Below are positions 27,667-37,060 of a stretch of DNA of 37,060 bases, one piece after another. The notes under the pieces were generated by a model. That model was not told the DNA's origin, made no database searches, and saw only the letters and a program-made list of their open reading frames with translations. The first letter of the stretch is position 1, and each line of letters begins with the position of its first letter. The stretch comes from Actinomycetota bacterium (GTDB taxonomy: Bacteria; Actinomycetota; Actinomycetes; Actinomycetales; Dermatophilaceae), in NCBI GenBank assembly GCA_046733835.1, contig JBKPQA010000111.1:1-37060 (forward strand), written 5' to 3'. A program made the position numbers and the translations under genes.

Positions 27667-28614
27667 GTGAGCGAGCCGGTGCCGTGGCGGGTGGCCTGGC
27701 AGAACGCGCTCTACGGGCCTCGTGGCTTCTACCGACAGCCAGGAGGCCCGGCCGGCCACTTCACGACGGCGACCCAGTCTGATTCCGGCCGGGCTCTCGC
27801 CCGGACGCTCTGGGCATGGGCGGACGGGTACGGCCTCGACGGGATCGTCGACGTGGGCGCCGGTCGGGGTGAGCTGTCGCGGCACCTGAATGCGTGTGCA
27901 CCGGGACGTCCGCTGGTCGGGCTCGACGTGGTGGACCGGCCCCCCGATCTGCCGGAATCCGTGGGCTGGGTCGAGTCGCCCGGGGGTGGCGAGCTGCCCG
28001 TGACCTGGCGGCCGGATCGGGCGCTGATCGTCGCCCACGAGTGGCTGGACGTCGTGCCGTGCATCGTGGCGGAGGTGGCGCCGGACGGTGCGCTGTGCGA
28101 GGTGTTCGTCGACGCGGCGACCGGCGCAGAGTCCCTCGGTGCGGAGCTGGCAGAGCCGGATCTGGAGTGGTGCCAACGGTTTTGGCCGGCTGCTGTGGCC
28201 GAGGACCGGAGGCCGGGCGACCGTGTCGAGGTCGGCCGAGCACGCGACGAGGCATGGGCGGGGTTGCTGCAGCGGCTGGCTCCCGGGTCGGTCGCGCTGG
28301 CCGTGGACTATGGGCACACGGTCGAGGACCGGCCCCGGACCGGGACGCTCGTCGCATACCGGGAGGGCCGGCTCGTCGACCCGGTTCCGGACGGGTCCTG
28401 CGACATCACCGCGGACGTCGCCGTCGATTCGCTCCGGCAGAGCCGGCGGCTGCGGCAACGAGACGCTGTGGCCGCGACGACATCGCCGGACCATCGGCTG
28501 GCGGCTGAAGATCCCGCGGCCTACCTGGCGGCCCTGTCGGACCACAGCGCGGTGGCGGCGCTCCGCCGGTCGGGCGGGTTCGGGGACTTCTGGTGGCTGG
28601 TCACACGGGTCTGA
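27667..28614 (+). CDS. MidA/NDUFAF7 (DUF185) family SAM-dependent methyltransferase
   Basis: ALYGPRGFY, HFTT, DVGAGRGEL, AHEWLDVVP, VDYG, GTLVAY, CDITADV motifs. Confidence 0.85.
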   Translation: MSEPVPWRVAWQNALYGPRGFYRQPGGPAGHFTTATQSDSGRALARTLWAWADGYGLDGIVDVGAGRGELSRHLNACAPGRPLVGLDVVDRPPDLPESVGWVESPGGGELPVTWRPDRALIVAHEWLDVVPCIVAEVAPDGALCEVFVDAATGAESLGAELAEPDLEWCQRFWPAAVAEDRRPGDRVEVGRARDEAWAGLLQRLAPGSVALAVDYGHTVEDRPRTGTLVAYREGRLVDPVPDGSCDITADVAVDSLRQSRRLRQRDAVAATTSPDHRLAAEDPAAYLAALSDHSAVAALRRSGGFGDFWWLVTRV

Positions 28615-29794
28615 CGAGCAGCCGCTCGTAACCGCGGAGGACGAACGTCGGACGACGGACCGCCTCGACGATCGCGAGCCGCCCGAACCTCGCCAAGAGC
28701 GCGGCGACGCTGGTCTGCAGCTCCAGACGGGCCAGGGGCGCACCAATGCAGAAGTGGATGCCGGCGCCGAACGCGAGATGCGGGTTCGGGTCGCGATCCG
28801 GGCGGAAGTCGTCGGGAGCGCCGAAGACGGCGGGATCCCGGTTGGCAGCGCCGAGGAGAGCAGCGATCTTCTGGTCCTCCTCGACCGTGACGCCGGCCAC
28901 CTCGACGTCGCGGGTGGCCGTCCGCTCGAAGAGGTGCAGCGGCGAGTCATGGCGGAGCATCTCCTCGACGAGAAGTTCGGGCTCCCCCGGCTCGGCGCCG
29001 CTGACGACGAGCGACGCCAGGCCGTTCCCGAACCCGTTGACGCTCGCCTCGTGCCCGGCGTTGAGGAGTAGCACGACGGTGGCCACGAGCTCACGCGTGG
29101 AGAGCCGGTCGCTGCCGTCCCGAACCGCCACGAGGTCGGAGAGCAGATCGTCTCCCGTTTCCGAATCCCGTTCTTTGGCCAGCCTTTCCACGTATGCGGC
29201 GAACTCGGCGCTCGCGGCGAGAGCCTCCGCCTCCTGCTCCGGCGTGCGGTTGACCTCGTACATCTTCACGATCGCCTGGGACCACGGACGGAGCAGGTGA
29301 CGGTCCGACTCGGGCCAGCCCAGCAGCTCGGCGATCACGAGGACGGGAAGCGGTTCGGCAAGGTCGGTGATGGCGTCGAACGAGCCCTCGTCGGCCAACC
29401 GCCGCGCACACTCGTCGAGGAGGCTCGCGGTGAGCTCCTCGATCCGCGGTCCCAGGCGCGAGACGTGTCCGCGGCTGAACGCACTCTGGACCAGCCGCCG
29501 CAGGCGGGTGTGCTTCGGCGGCTCGCTGTCCAGGATGGAGTCGGCGTGGAGCCAGTTGAACGTCTCCCACACGTCCTCGGGTTGGCGCGGCTGGAAGATC
29601 CGCCCGAGCGCCCGCTCACGGAGTACCTGACTGCAGGCCGCGTGACTGGTCGCGACCCAGATGCCGAGTCCGTCGTGCCAGGCGACCGGCGCTCGCGCCC
29701 TCAGCTCGGCGAAGGCCGGATACGGGTCGGCGACGACCGCCGGGTCCGACAGGTCCAGCAACGCGGCGGCGTCCACAGCGTCGACGGAGCTCAT
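28601..29794 (-). CDS. Cytochrome P450
   Basis: [14 protein letters not shown]-helix NAGHEAS, EEMLR, heme motif [10 protein letters not shown]; ATG 7 nt after TAGGCT. Confidence 0.95.
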   Translation of the reverse strand: MSSVDAVDAAALLDLSDPAVVADPYPAFAELRARAPVAWHDGLGIWVATSHAACSQVLRERALGRIFQPRQPEDVWETFNWLHADSILDSEPPKHTRLRRLVQSAFSRGHVSRLGPRIEELTASLLDECARRLADEGSFDAITDLAEPLPVLVIAELLGWPESDRHLLRPWSQAIVKMYEVNRTPEQEAEALAASAEFAAYVERLAKERDSETGDDLLSDLVAVRDGSDRLSTRELVATVVLLLNAGHEASVNGFGNGLASLVVSGAEPGEPELLVEEMLRHDSPLHLFERTATRDVEVAGVTVEEDQKIAALLGAANRDPAVFGAPDDFRPDRDPNPHLAFGAGIHFCIGAPLARLELQTSVAALLARFGRLAIVEAVRRPTFVLRGYERLLVRPV

Positions 29795-29824
29795 GGCCGC
29801 CAGCCTAGGCACCCTGGCGGCCAG

Positions 29825-29905
29825 CCAACTTCTCCGCGCGTGCGGCGAACTATTCCGACAACCGGACATCGACCTAGCACTTCTCATCACGTGCGGAGAA
29901 GTTGG
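29825..29905. repeat. 18-bp near-perfect inverted repeat in the divergent P450/nuoD region
   Basis: CCAACTTCTCCGCGCGTG / CACGTGCGGAGAAGTTGG pair at 17/18; 45-nt spacer. Confidence 0.8.
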
Positions 29906-29971
29906 GGGAGCATGAAGCGGCCGGCAGAGTGCCGCGGAAGGCAACCCGACGCATACGGCAGACTGGCGGGC

Positions 29972-31162
29972 ATGACCTCGACGACCGACCGGCCCGCCGT
30001 GGCCGACGGCCGCGAGGTCACGGTCGGCGTCGGAGCCGGCGGCCTGGCAACCGCCGACATGACGCTGAACATCGGCCCGCAGCACCCCGCCACGCACGGC
30101 GTGCTCCGGCTGCGGATTGTCCTCGACGGCGAACGCATCTTGCGCGCGGAGCCGATCATCGGCTACATGCACCGGGGCGCGGAAAAGCTGTTCGAGGTAC
30201 GCGACTACCGCCAGATCGTCGTTCTCGCCAACCGGCACGACTGGCTCTCGGCGTTCTCCAACGAGCTGGGCGTGGTGCTCGGCGTCGAGCGGATGCTCGG
30301 CATGGAGGTACCGGAACGAGCGGTCTGGGCCCGCACCTTGCTCGCCGAGCTGAACCGGGTCCTCAACCACTTGATGTTCCTCGGCTCCTACCCGCTCGAG
30401 CTCGGTGCCATCACGCCGATCTTCTACTCGTTCCGCGAGCGCGAGGAGCTCCAGGCCGTGATGGAGGAGGCCTCCGGCGGCCGGATGCACTACATGTTCA
30501 ACCGCGTCGGCGGCCTCAAGGAGGACCTGCCAGCCGGCTGGCTGGGGCGGGTCGAGCATGCCGTCGCCGAGGTCCGGCGGCGGATGCAGGACCTGCGAAA
30601 CATGTTGGTGGGCAATGAGATTCTTCTCGCCCGTACCCGTGGGGTCGGCGTCCTCGACGAGGCGACCGTCTTCGCGTACGGCGTCTCCGGCCCTATCGCG
30701 CGAGCCAGCGGCGTCGACCTGGACCTGCGCCGGGACCAGCCGTACCTCGCGTATGCGGAGCTGTTCGCCGAAGGCGGGCCGGGCCGCGTCGTCACCCGGA
30801 CGGAGGGCGACTGCCAGGCGCGGCTGCAGGTCCTCCTCGAGCAGACCGAGGTCAGCCTCGACCTCGCCGACGCTTGCATCGACCGGCTCCGGTCATTACC
30901 GCAGGGCCCGATCAACGTCCGGCTGCCCAAGGTGCTCCGGGTCCCGGAGGGGCACCTCTACACGGCGACCGAGAACCCCCTGGGCTTCAACGGCTACTAC
31001 CTCGTCTCGCGCGGCGACAAGACGCCGTGGCGGCTGAAGCTGCGGTCGGCGTCGTTCAACAACATCGCCGTGCTCTCGAAGATGCTGCCCGGTCACGTGG
31101 TGGGCGACATGGTGGCGATCCTCGGGTCGATGTTCTTCGTCGTGGGGGACATCGACAAGTGA
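29972..31162 (+). CDS. nuoD: Stand-alone NADH-quinone oxidoreductase subunit D-like protein (NuoD2)
   Basis: [51 protein letters not shown]-terminal VVGDIDK; no NiFe CxxC motifs. Confidence 0.92.
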   Translation: MTSTTDRPAVADGREVTVGVGAGGLATADMTLNIGPQHPATHGVLRLRIVLDGERILRAEPIIGYMHRGAEKLFEVRDYRQIVVLANRHDWLSAFSNELGVVLGVERMLGMEVPERAVWARTLLAELNRVLNHLMFLGSYPLELGAITPIFYSFREREELQAVMEEASGGRMHYMFNRVGGLKEDLPAGWLGRVEHAVAEVRRRMQDLRNMLVGNEILLARTRGVGVLDEATVFAYGVSGPIARASGVDLDLRRDQPYLAYAELFAEGGPGRVVTRTEGDCQARLQVLLEQTEVSLDLADACIDRLRSLPQGPINVRLPKVLRVPEGHLYTATENPLGFNGYYLVSRGDKTPWRLKLRSASFNNIAVLSKMLPGHVVGDMVAILGSMFFVVGDIDK

Positions 31163-31701
31163 CGTTCGGTATGCGTGCGGCGGGCGCCGCCGCGGGTGCC
31201 CTGCTGTGTGCCGGTGGCCTTTCCGGGTGCGCGGACCGGGAGCCGGAGCCCACACCCACACCGCCCACCGCTGGCTCCTCCGCGGTCACGCCCAGCCCCG
31301 CGACGAGCGCCACCGCCTCGCCGACGTCGACGGGCCTTCCCGGCATGCCCGTACCCGTATCAGTCGGGACCTCGCCGGTCGACCCGAACCGGCTGCGCTC
31401 GGTCGACGACCTGCCCTCCGTCTTTCAGTGCCCGAGCGCCGTGGCCCCGATCCGCATCCCCGCGACGCCCGAAGCCACCGCGGCCACGGTCCCACCAGCG
31501 CCCGACGCGGTGGTCTGCGCCAGCGCCCTGGCCGACAATGAGGCGGTCTACCTCTGGTACACGCCGACGCCGGAGGCCAAGCTCGGCGCCCTGACCGAGG
31601 CCCTCGCGAAGACCAAGTACGTCCACGCCGGGCCGAACTGGGTGGCCGGCGGTCTCGTCAACCCGACCATGGGGACGATCGGCGGCGAGGTCTACCGCTA
31701 A
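31159..31701 (+). CDS. Hypothetical lipoprotein
   Basis: Lipobox LSGC, Pro/Thr linker, small two-Cys domain; GTGA overlap with the nuoD stop (alternative ATG at 31171). Confidence 0.7.
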   Translation: MTFGMRAAGAAAGALLCAGGLSGCADREPEPTPTPPTAGSSAVTPSPATSATASPTSTGLPGMPVPVSVGTSPVDPNRLRSVDDLPSVFQCPSAVAPIRIPATPEATAATVPPAPDAVVCASALADNEAVYLWYTPTPEAKLGALTEALAKTKYVHAGPNWVAGGLVNPTMGTIGGEVYR

Positions 31702-31710
31702 GGGCGACGC

Positions 31711-32199
31711 TCAGCGGCGCTCCGCCTCGTCGCGCGGTCCGCCCCGGTCGTCGTCCTCGAGGCGGCACCAGCGTTGGACGACCAGTCCCACTGCAGCCAG
31801 TCCGGCGGCGGCCAGCGCGAGCACCCCGAGGATCAGCATCTGCAGCTGCTGCGACGGGATGTCCGCGTCGGGGATGAGCATCAGGACCTGGGCGACGTAC
31901 CACCCGACGATCGCCGCCCCCGCGAGCGCTGCGGCCTGGGCCATGGCCAGGACGCGCGCGGCGTACAGCGGGTTGACCGGGCGGGTGGCCCGCCCGGCAA
32001 CCAGCCGCTTGACCGGCCGTCCGGCGAGGAGCAGACCGAGCGCCAGTGCCACGAAGATGAAGACGGCGAGCCAGCTGGTCGACGGCAGGTCGCGGCCGCC
32101 GCCCTGAAGCAGCCTCAGTACGACCCAGGACGCACCGCCCACGACGACGGCGACGGCGATGAGCGTGCGCGCCCGGATGCCGTCGGCGCGGCTCACCAT
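31711..32199 (-). CDS. DUF3180 membrane protein
   Basis: Four TM segments, NPLYAARVLAMAQA, C-terminal QRWCRL; usual position after folK. Confidence 0.85.
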   Translation of the reverse strand: MVSRADGIRARTLIAVAVVVGGASWVVLRLLQGGGRDLPSTSWLAVFIFVALALGLLLAGRPVKRLVAGRATRPVNPLYAARVLAMAQAAALAGAAIVGWYVAQVLMLIPDADIPSQQLQMLILGVLALAAAGLAAVGLVVQRWCRLEDDDRGGPRDEAERR

Positions 32200-33074
32200 T
32201 GCGGGCTCCAGTCCGGTCCGGGCCGCACGCCACTGGTCTCGACCTCGGCTGTGAGCTCCGCGACCCGCCGGACCTGGTCTCCGACGCGAACCGTCGCCGT
32301 GGGGTCGACCTGCGCCCACGGGACCAGGACGAACCCGCGCTCGTGGGCGCGTGGGTGCGGAAGGGTCAGCTCGGCGTCATCGGCCCGGACCTCCGAGGCG
32401 CGGCCGGCGCGGCCGACCTGGATGAGGTCGAGATCCAGCGCTCTTGCGCCCCAACGAACTTCGCGGGTCCGGCCGTGGTCGGCCTCGATCTCGTGCAGCC
32501 GGCGTAGCAGCTCCGGAGGGTCGAGCCTCGTATCGCCGATGAGGACGGCGTTGAGGTATGCGGGTTGTTCCGGACCGCCGACCGGGTCAGTCTCGACGAG
32601 CGACGAAACCGCACGGACCCGCATACCGGGAAGGGCGCCGACGGCGCAGACGGCGCTTTCGAGAGTCTGGCGGGCGTCGCCCAGGTTCGCTCCGAGGGCG
32701 ACCACGACGGGAAGACCCCGTTCACGGTGAACCTCGACAGCGACGTCGGAGAACGGGTGGCCGACCGGTGCCTGCGGCTTGTGCACGGTCACCGTGACGG
32801 CGTCGACCAGCGAGTGCCGGAGCACGTCGTCGCCGATCACCTCGGCCAGCCGCTCAATGAGGTCGAACGACGGCCCGGTGATGCGGGCCATGACCTCGCC
32901 AGCAATCTCGGCGTAGGACACGGTGTCGTGGAGGTCGTCGGTGGCGCCGGCCGTCGTCAGATCCAGGTCGAGGACAACATCGACCACGAAGGGCTGGCCG
33001 TCACGCTTCTCGTAGGGCAGGACGCCATGAAAGCCAACAGCCTCGACCCCGCGCAGGTGGATGCGGTCGGTCAT
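32193..33074 (-). CDS. folK: Bifunctional dihydroneopterin aldolase / HPPK (FolB-FolK fusion)
   Basis: N-terminal FolB (GFHGV..EK..GQPF, VSYA, LIERLA, VHKP) in frame with FolK (LGANLGD, ETDPVG, YLNAV, RWGARALDLD, LPHPR..ERGFVL.P). Confidence 0.93.
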   Translation of the reverse strand: MTDRIHLRGVEAVGFHGVLPYEKRDGQPFVVDVVLDLDLTTAGATDDLHDTVSYAEIAGEVMARITGPSFDLIERLAEVIGDDVLRHSLVDAVTVTVHKPQAPVGHPFSDVAVEVHRERGLPVVVALGANLGDARQTLESAVCAVGALPGMRVRAVSSLVETDPVGGPEQPAYLNAVLIGDTRLDPPELLRRLHEIEADHGRTREVRWGARALDLDLIQVGRAGRASEVRADDAELTLPHPRAHERGFVLVPWAQVDPTATVRVGDQVRRVAELTAEVETSGVRPGPDWSPQW

Positions 33075-33910
33075 CGGTGCGCGGCCACCTCCCGGAGCAC
33101 CGCGAACGCGTCGCGGGTGCCCGCGACGTCGTGGACGCGGACCCCCCAGACGCCGCCCTGGGCGCAGACCACGCTGGTCACCGCGGTGGCGATGTCGCGG
33201 TCAGTCGGCGGCCGGGGGTCGCCGCCCTCGGGGACGCCGATCCGACCGAGGAACGTCTTGCGGGACGCTCCCACGAGCACCGGCTGCCCGAGCGCGACCA
33301 GGGCCTCCAAATGCGCGAGCAGCGCCCAGTTGTGCGCGGCGTGCTTGGCGAACCCGAGGCCGGGGTCGAGGACCAGCCGCTCGGCAGCCACCCCCGCCGC
33401 CAGGATGGCGTCGCGGCGGGCGGCCAGCTCGTCGCATACCTCCTTGACGACGTCCTCGTAGACCGCCCGGCTCTGCATGCGGGTGCTGTGCCCGCGCCAG
33501 TGCATGGCCACGTAGGGGCATCCACGCTCGGCGACCAGCGACACCATGTCGGGGTCGGCGAGCCCGCCGCTGACGTCGTTGACGACCGAGGCGCCGGCGT
33601 CGAGAGCCTGGGCGGCCACCTCACACCGCATCGTGTCGACGGAGAGGACGACGTCCTCGTCGGCCAGTGCCTCGATGACGGGGAGCACTCGCCGCAGCTC
33701 CTCCGCGACACTCGGTCGCTCCGCTCCGGGCCGGGTCGACTCGCCGCCGATGTCGACGAGGTCCGCACCGTCGGCGACAAGAGCGCGCCCGTGCGCGATG
33801 GCCGCGCCTGGTTCGAACCAGTACCCACCGTCGCTGAACGAGTCCGGGGTCACGTTGACCACGCCCATGAGCACCGGACGCCCGTCCGCGGTGGGGAGGC
33901 CGCTGGTCAT
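33071..33910 (-). CDS. folP: Dihydropteroate synthase
   Basis: [45 protein letters not shown]. Confidence 0.96.
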   Translation of the reverse strand: MTSGLPTADGRPVLMGVVNVTPDSFSDGGYWFEPGAAIAHGRALVADGADLVDIGGESTRPGAERPSVAEELRRVLPVIEALADEDVVLSVDTMRCEVAAQALDAGASVVNDVSGGLADPDMVSLVAERGCPYVAMHWRGHSTRMQSRAVYEDVVKEVCDELAARRDAILAAGVAAERLVLDPGLGFAKHAAHNWALLAHLEALVALGQPVLVGASRKTFLGRIGVPEGGDPRPPTDRDIATAVTSVVCAQGGVWGVRVHDVAGTRDAFAVLREVAAHR

Positions 33911-34479
33911 CGACCGCCGCCGGCCAGCAGCGACATCGCCTCGGCTCGGGTGGCGGGGTCGCGGAGCTGGCCGCGGACGGCCGAGGTGATGGTGCGGGAG
34001 CCGGGTTTGCGGACGCCGCGCATCGCCATGCAGAGGTGTTCACAATCAACGACGACGATGACGCCCTGGACGTGGAGATGCTGGACCAGGGAGTCGGCGA
34101 TCTGGGTCGTGAGGCGTTCCTGCACCTGCGGACGGCGGGCGAACACCTCGACGAGCCGGGCGATCTTGGACAGCCCGGTCACCCGACCGTCCTTGGCGGG
34201 GATGTAGCCGACGTGGGCGACGCCGTGGAAGGGGACGAGGTGGTGTTCGCAGGTGCTGTAAACCTCGATATCGCGCACGATGATCATCTCGTCGTGATCG
34301 ATGGCGAAGGTCGTCTTCAGGATTTCGTCGGCCGACCGATCCAGGCCTGCGAACGTCTCGGCGTATGCCCGTGCCACTCGTTGCGGGGTGTCGCGCAGCC
34401 CTTCACGGTCGGGATCCTCACCGATGGCGAGGAGCAGCTCACGCACCGCCGCGGCGGCACGGTCGTGGTCGACCGCCAT
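33907..34479 (-). CDS. folE: GTP cyclohydrolase I
   Basis: [42 protein letters not shown]; ATG at 34479. Confidence 0.96.
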   Translation of the reverse strand: MAVDHDRAAAAVRELLLAIGEDPDREGLRDTPQRVARAYAETFAGLDRSADEILKTTFAIDHDEMIIVRDIEVYSTCEHHLVPFHGVAHVGYIPAKDGRVTGLSKIARLVEVFARRPQVQERLTTQIADSLVQHLHVQGVIVVVDCEHLCMAMRGVRKPGSRTITSAVRGQLRDPATRAEAMSLLAGGGR

Positions 34480-34496
34480 CCTCGTCAGTGGTCCCT

Positions 34497-36641
34497 TCAG
34501 TGGTCTTCTGAGGGGTTGACCCGCCCGCCGTCCGGGACCTCGATGACGTGGCTCCGCGGCTCCTCCTCGGCGAGGGGGTGCGCGCCGGCTTCCGCCGCCT
34601 CGTCGATCTTGTGGCCCATCTCCTCGTCGCCGCTGGCGTCCTGTGGAGCGTGTCCCTTGGGACCGTAGCCGTTGCGGTTGTAGCCGTTCTGGCCGTTGCT
34701 CCCGTTGGTCATCGCGTCCCGCTCGGCCGGCGTCAACACCGGCGGGATGTCGCTGAGCAGGCGGGACTCGCTGGACAGCCACGTCGGCCGCATCGGGCGC
34801 TTCCGCACGCCGGCGAAGATCCGCGCCAGCTCGGCGCCGCCCAGGGTCTCGTGCTCCAGGAGCTCGAGGACGAGCTGGTCGAGGACGTCGCGGTTGTCGT
34901 TGATGACGTGCCAGGCCTCGTCGTGCGCGTTCTCGATGAGCTTGCGGACCTCCTCGTCGACGACGCCGGCGATCTCCTCGCTGTAGTCCCGCTGGTGGCC
35001 CATGTCCCGGCCGAGGAACACCTCGCCGGTGCTCTGGCCGAGCTTGATCGCGCCGACCCGCTCCGACATGCCGTACTCGGTGACCATCTTGCGGGCCATC
35101 GCGGTGGCCTTCTCGATGTCGTTCGCGGCGCCGGTCGTCGGGTCGTGGAAGATCATCTCCTCCGCGACCCGGCCGCCCAACGCATACGCGAGCTGGTCGA
35201 GGATTTCGTTGCGCGTGGTCGAGTACTTGTCGTCCTGAGGCATGACCATCGTGTAGCCGAGGGCGCGGCCACGCGGCAGGATCGTCACCTTGGTCACGGG
35301 GTCGGTGTGGTTCATCGACGCGGCGACGAGCGCGTGACCGCCTTCGTGGTATGCGGTCATCTTCCGCTCGGCAGCGGACATGATGCGCGTCCGCTTCTGC
35401 GGGCCGGCGATGACGCGGTCGATGGCCTCGTCGAGCGTGTGGTCGTCGATGTACTTCTTACTGCTGCGTGCGGTGAGGAGCGCGGCCTCGTTGAGGACGT
35501 TGGCCAGGTCGGCGCCGGTGAAGCCCGGGGTCCGGCGGGCAACGGCGAGCAGGTCGACGTCGGGCGCCATCGGCTTGCCCTGGGCGTGCACCTGGAGGAT
35601 CCGGTTGCGCCCGAGCATGTCTGGCGTGTCGACGGCGATCTGCCGGTCGAAGCGACCGGGCCGCAGCAGCGCCGGGTCGAGGATGTCGGGCCGGTTGGTG
35701 GCAGCGATGAGAATGACGTTGGTCTTGACGTCGAAGCCGTCCATCTCGACGAGCAGCTGGTTCAGCGTCTGCTCGCGCTCGTCGTGTCCGCCGCCGAGGC
35801 CCGCGCCACGGTGCCGGCCCACCGCGTCGATCTCGTCGACGAAGACGATGGCCGGCGCGTTGGCCTTGGCCTGCTCGAACAGGTCGCGGACCCGGGACGC
35901 ACCCACACCCACGAACATCTCGACGAAGTCCGAACCGGAGATCGAGTAGAACGGCACGCCGGCCTCGCCCGCCACCGCCCGCGCTAGCAGCGTCTTACCG
36001 GTGCCCGGCTGGCCGTAGAGCAGCACGCCCTTGGGGATCTTGGCGCCGACGGCGAGGAACTTGGCCGGCTCCTGGAGGAACTCCTTGATCTCGTGCAGCT
36101 CCTCGACGGCCTCGTCACATCCGGCGACGTCGGCGAACGTCACCTTGGGCGTGTCCTTGGAGGCCAGCTTGGCCCGGGACTTGCCGAACTGCATCACGCG
36201 GGAGCCGCCGCCCTGCATCTGGCCCATGAGGAACCAGAAGAGGCCGAGCACGATGATGATCGGGATGAGGCTGACCAGCATCGAGCCGAACCAGTTGGTC
36301 TCGTCGATCTGGTCCGTGTAGCCGTTCGGCGGGAGGTGGTTGTCGAGGGCCTGCACGACGTTCCCGCCCCGGGCCTCGACGTAGTACGCATACACCTTGG
36401 TGGCGTTCTTGACCTTGTCGCCGTCAGAGAATGTCTCACCCTGCTTGAGCGTCAGCTCCATCCGCTCGTTGTTGATGAGCTTGGCGGAGTCGACCTTGCC
36501 GGTGTTGATGAGGTCGAGGGCCTTCGACGTGTCGATGCGCGTGAAGCCGCCGTTGTCCGACAGCGACAAGACGAGGATCGCTGCGCCGATGAGCACAACG
36601 ATCCACAGCATCGGCGTGCGAAAGATGCGCTTGAAGTCCAT
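34497..36641 (-). CDS. ftsH: ATP-dependent zinc metalloprotease FtsH
   Basis: Two TM segments, [30 protein letters not shown] zinc motif; AGGAGG upstream. Confidence 0.97.
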   Translation of the reverse strand: MDFKRIFRTPMLWIVVLIGAAILVLSLSDNGGFTRIDTSKALDLINTGKVDSAKLINNERMELTLKQGETFSDGDKVKNATKVYAYYVEARGGNVVQALDNHLPPNGYTDQIDETNWFGSMLVSLIPIIIVLGLFWFLMGQMQGGGSRVMQFGKSRAKLASKDTPKVTFADVAGCDEAVEELHEIKEFLQEPAKFLAVGAKIPKGVLLYGQPGTGKTLLARAVAGEAGVPFYSISGSDFVEMFVGVGASRVRDLFEQAKANAPAIVFVDEIDAVGRHRGAGLGGGHDEREQTLNQLLVEMDGFDVKTNVILIAATNRPDILDPALLRPGRFDRQIAVDTPDMLGRNRILQVHAQGKPMAPDVDLLAVARRTPGFTGADLANVLNEAALLTARSSKKYIDDHTLDEAIDRVIAGPQKRTRIMSAAERKMTAYHEGGHALVAASMNHTDPVTKVTILPRGRALGYTMVMPQDDKYSTTRNEILDQLAYALGGRVAEEMIFHDPTTGAANDIEKATAMARKMVTEYGMSERVGAIKLGQSTGEVFLGRDMGHQRDYSEEIAGVVDEEVRKLIENAHDEAWHVINDNRDVLDQLVLELLEHETLGGAELARIFAGVRKRPMRPTWLSSESRLLSDIPPVLTPAERDAMTNGSNGQNGYNRNGYGPKGHAPQDASGDEEMGHKIDEAAEAGAHPLAEEEPRSHVIEVPDGGRVNPSEDH

Positions 36642-36732
36642 GTGCGGGGTGGTCCCCGACCTCCTGCTTGGGTGCTGACGCGACAGATCCTGTGTGATGC
36701 CGACCCGTCACCTGCTACTCATTCTCGCAGGT

Positions 36733-36759
36733 CAACGAGCAACCGGAGACTCCTGTTCC
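36733..36759 (-). promoter_or_regulatory. SigH/SigE-type stress promoter of ftsH
   Basis: Minus strand GGAAC-N17-CGTTG, same architecture as the clpC promoter (both start GGAACAGG). Confidence 0.65.
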
Positions 36760-36809
36760 AGCCGGTTCCCAGGATGGCCGTATCCGTGACCGCCGACACG
36801 CCGGTCGTC

Positions 36810-37060
36810 TCACCTGACGGCGCAGTCCCGGCGGCGGCACGGTCGCACGCGGTCGACCCAGCCGCGCGTGCTCAGCACGGCACCGGCGTCGATCGCCAGC
36901 TCGCAGGGATGGCCAGCAACGTCACGCCAAAACGCCCTGATCGTCAGCGAACCAGTGGTGGCACCGCGCCGGTCCCTAATCCCGTCCTTCACCCGTGCCT
37001 CGGGTCCGTCGTGGCCGAGCCGGCCGTCCAACTCGACGAGGACGCGCTGCTCGAGGTAGC
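36810..37060 (-). CDS. C-terminal fragment of a DUF559/Vsr-like PD-(D/E)XK nuclease-fold protein (5' part outside window)
   Basis: Frame stays open to the window edge: YLEQRVLVELDGRLGH...KDGIRDR...LTIRAFWRDV..HPC; the VELDG..H / D..RD / R..W.DV pattern is typical of this family. Confidence 0.65.
   Translation of the reverse strand, partial: YLEQRVLVELDGRLGHDGPEARVKDGIRDRRGATTGSLTIRAFWRDVAGHPCELAIDAGAVLSTRGWVDRVRPCRRRDCAVR

Noticed and set aside
28601-30559. 652-aa P450 ORF suggesting an N-terminal fusion
   Set aside because: The extension is the antisense of nuoD plus the intergenic region. The P450 starts at ATG 29794 with a -10 box; nuoD likewise starts at 29972, not 29297.
29972-31162. 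NuoD-like protein as a [NiFe]-hydrogenase large subunit
   Set aside because: Both CxxC Ni-binding motifs are missing and there are no maturation genes.

Overview
A high-GC (about 70% by eye) actinobacterial chromosomal segment. The gene set and order suggest Micrococcales, possibly Intrasporangiaceae-like (inference). It covers the conserved ftsH-folE-folP-folB/K ... nadB-nadC-lysS-lsr2 ... clpC ... disA backbone, with accessory blocks: gluconate uptake/kinase, an ABC-2 exporter, a SNF2-type helicase, a CAP lipoprotein, an NHEJ/BER block (nei-ku, split LigD ligase and polymerase) interrupted by an ECF42-YciI cassette, and a P450. I found no rRNA, tRNA, CRISPR array or IS element. Most notable: (1) the non-palindromic motif SGCATAC (mostly CGCATAC) is strongly over-represented with no strand bias, forces rare codons, caps a terminator and sits in the clpC promoter; (2) an orphan NuoD-like gene with the quinone-binding Tyr changed to Trp lies near a MidA/NDUFAF7-type arginine methyltransferase, the enzyme family that methylates the NuoD homolog NDUFS2; (3) five tandem ~14-nt repeats abut the helicase RBS; (4) several long-spacer intergenic inverted repeats do not look like terminators. 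All calls come from reading the sequence; no database search was run.
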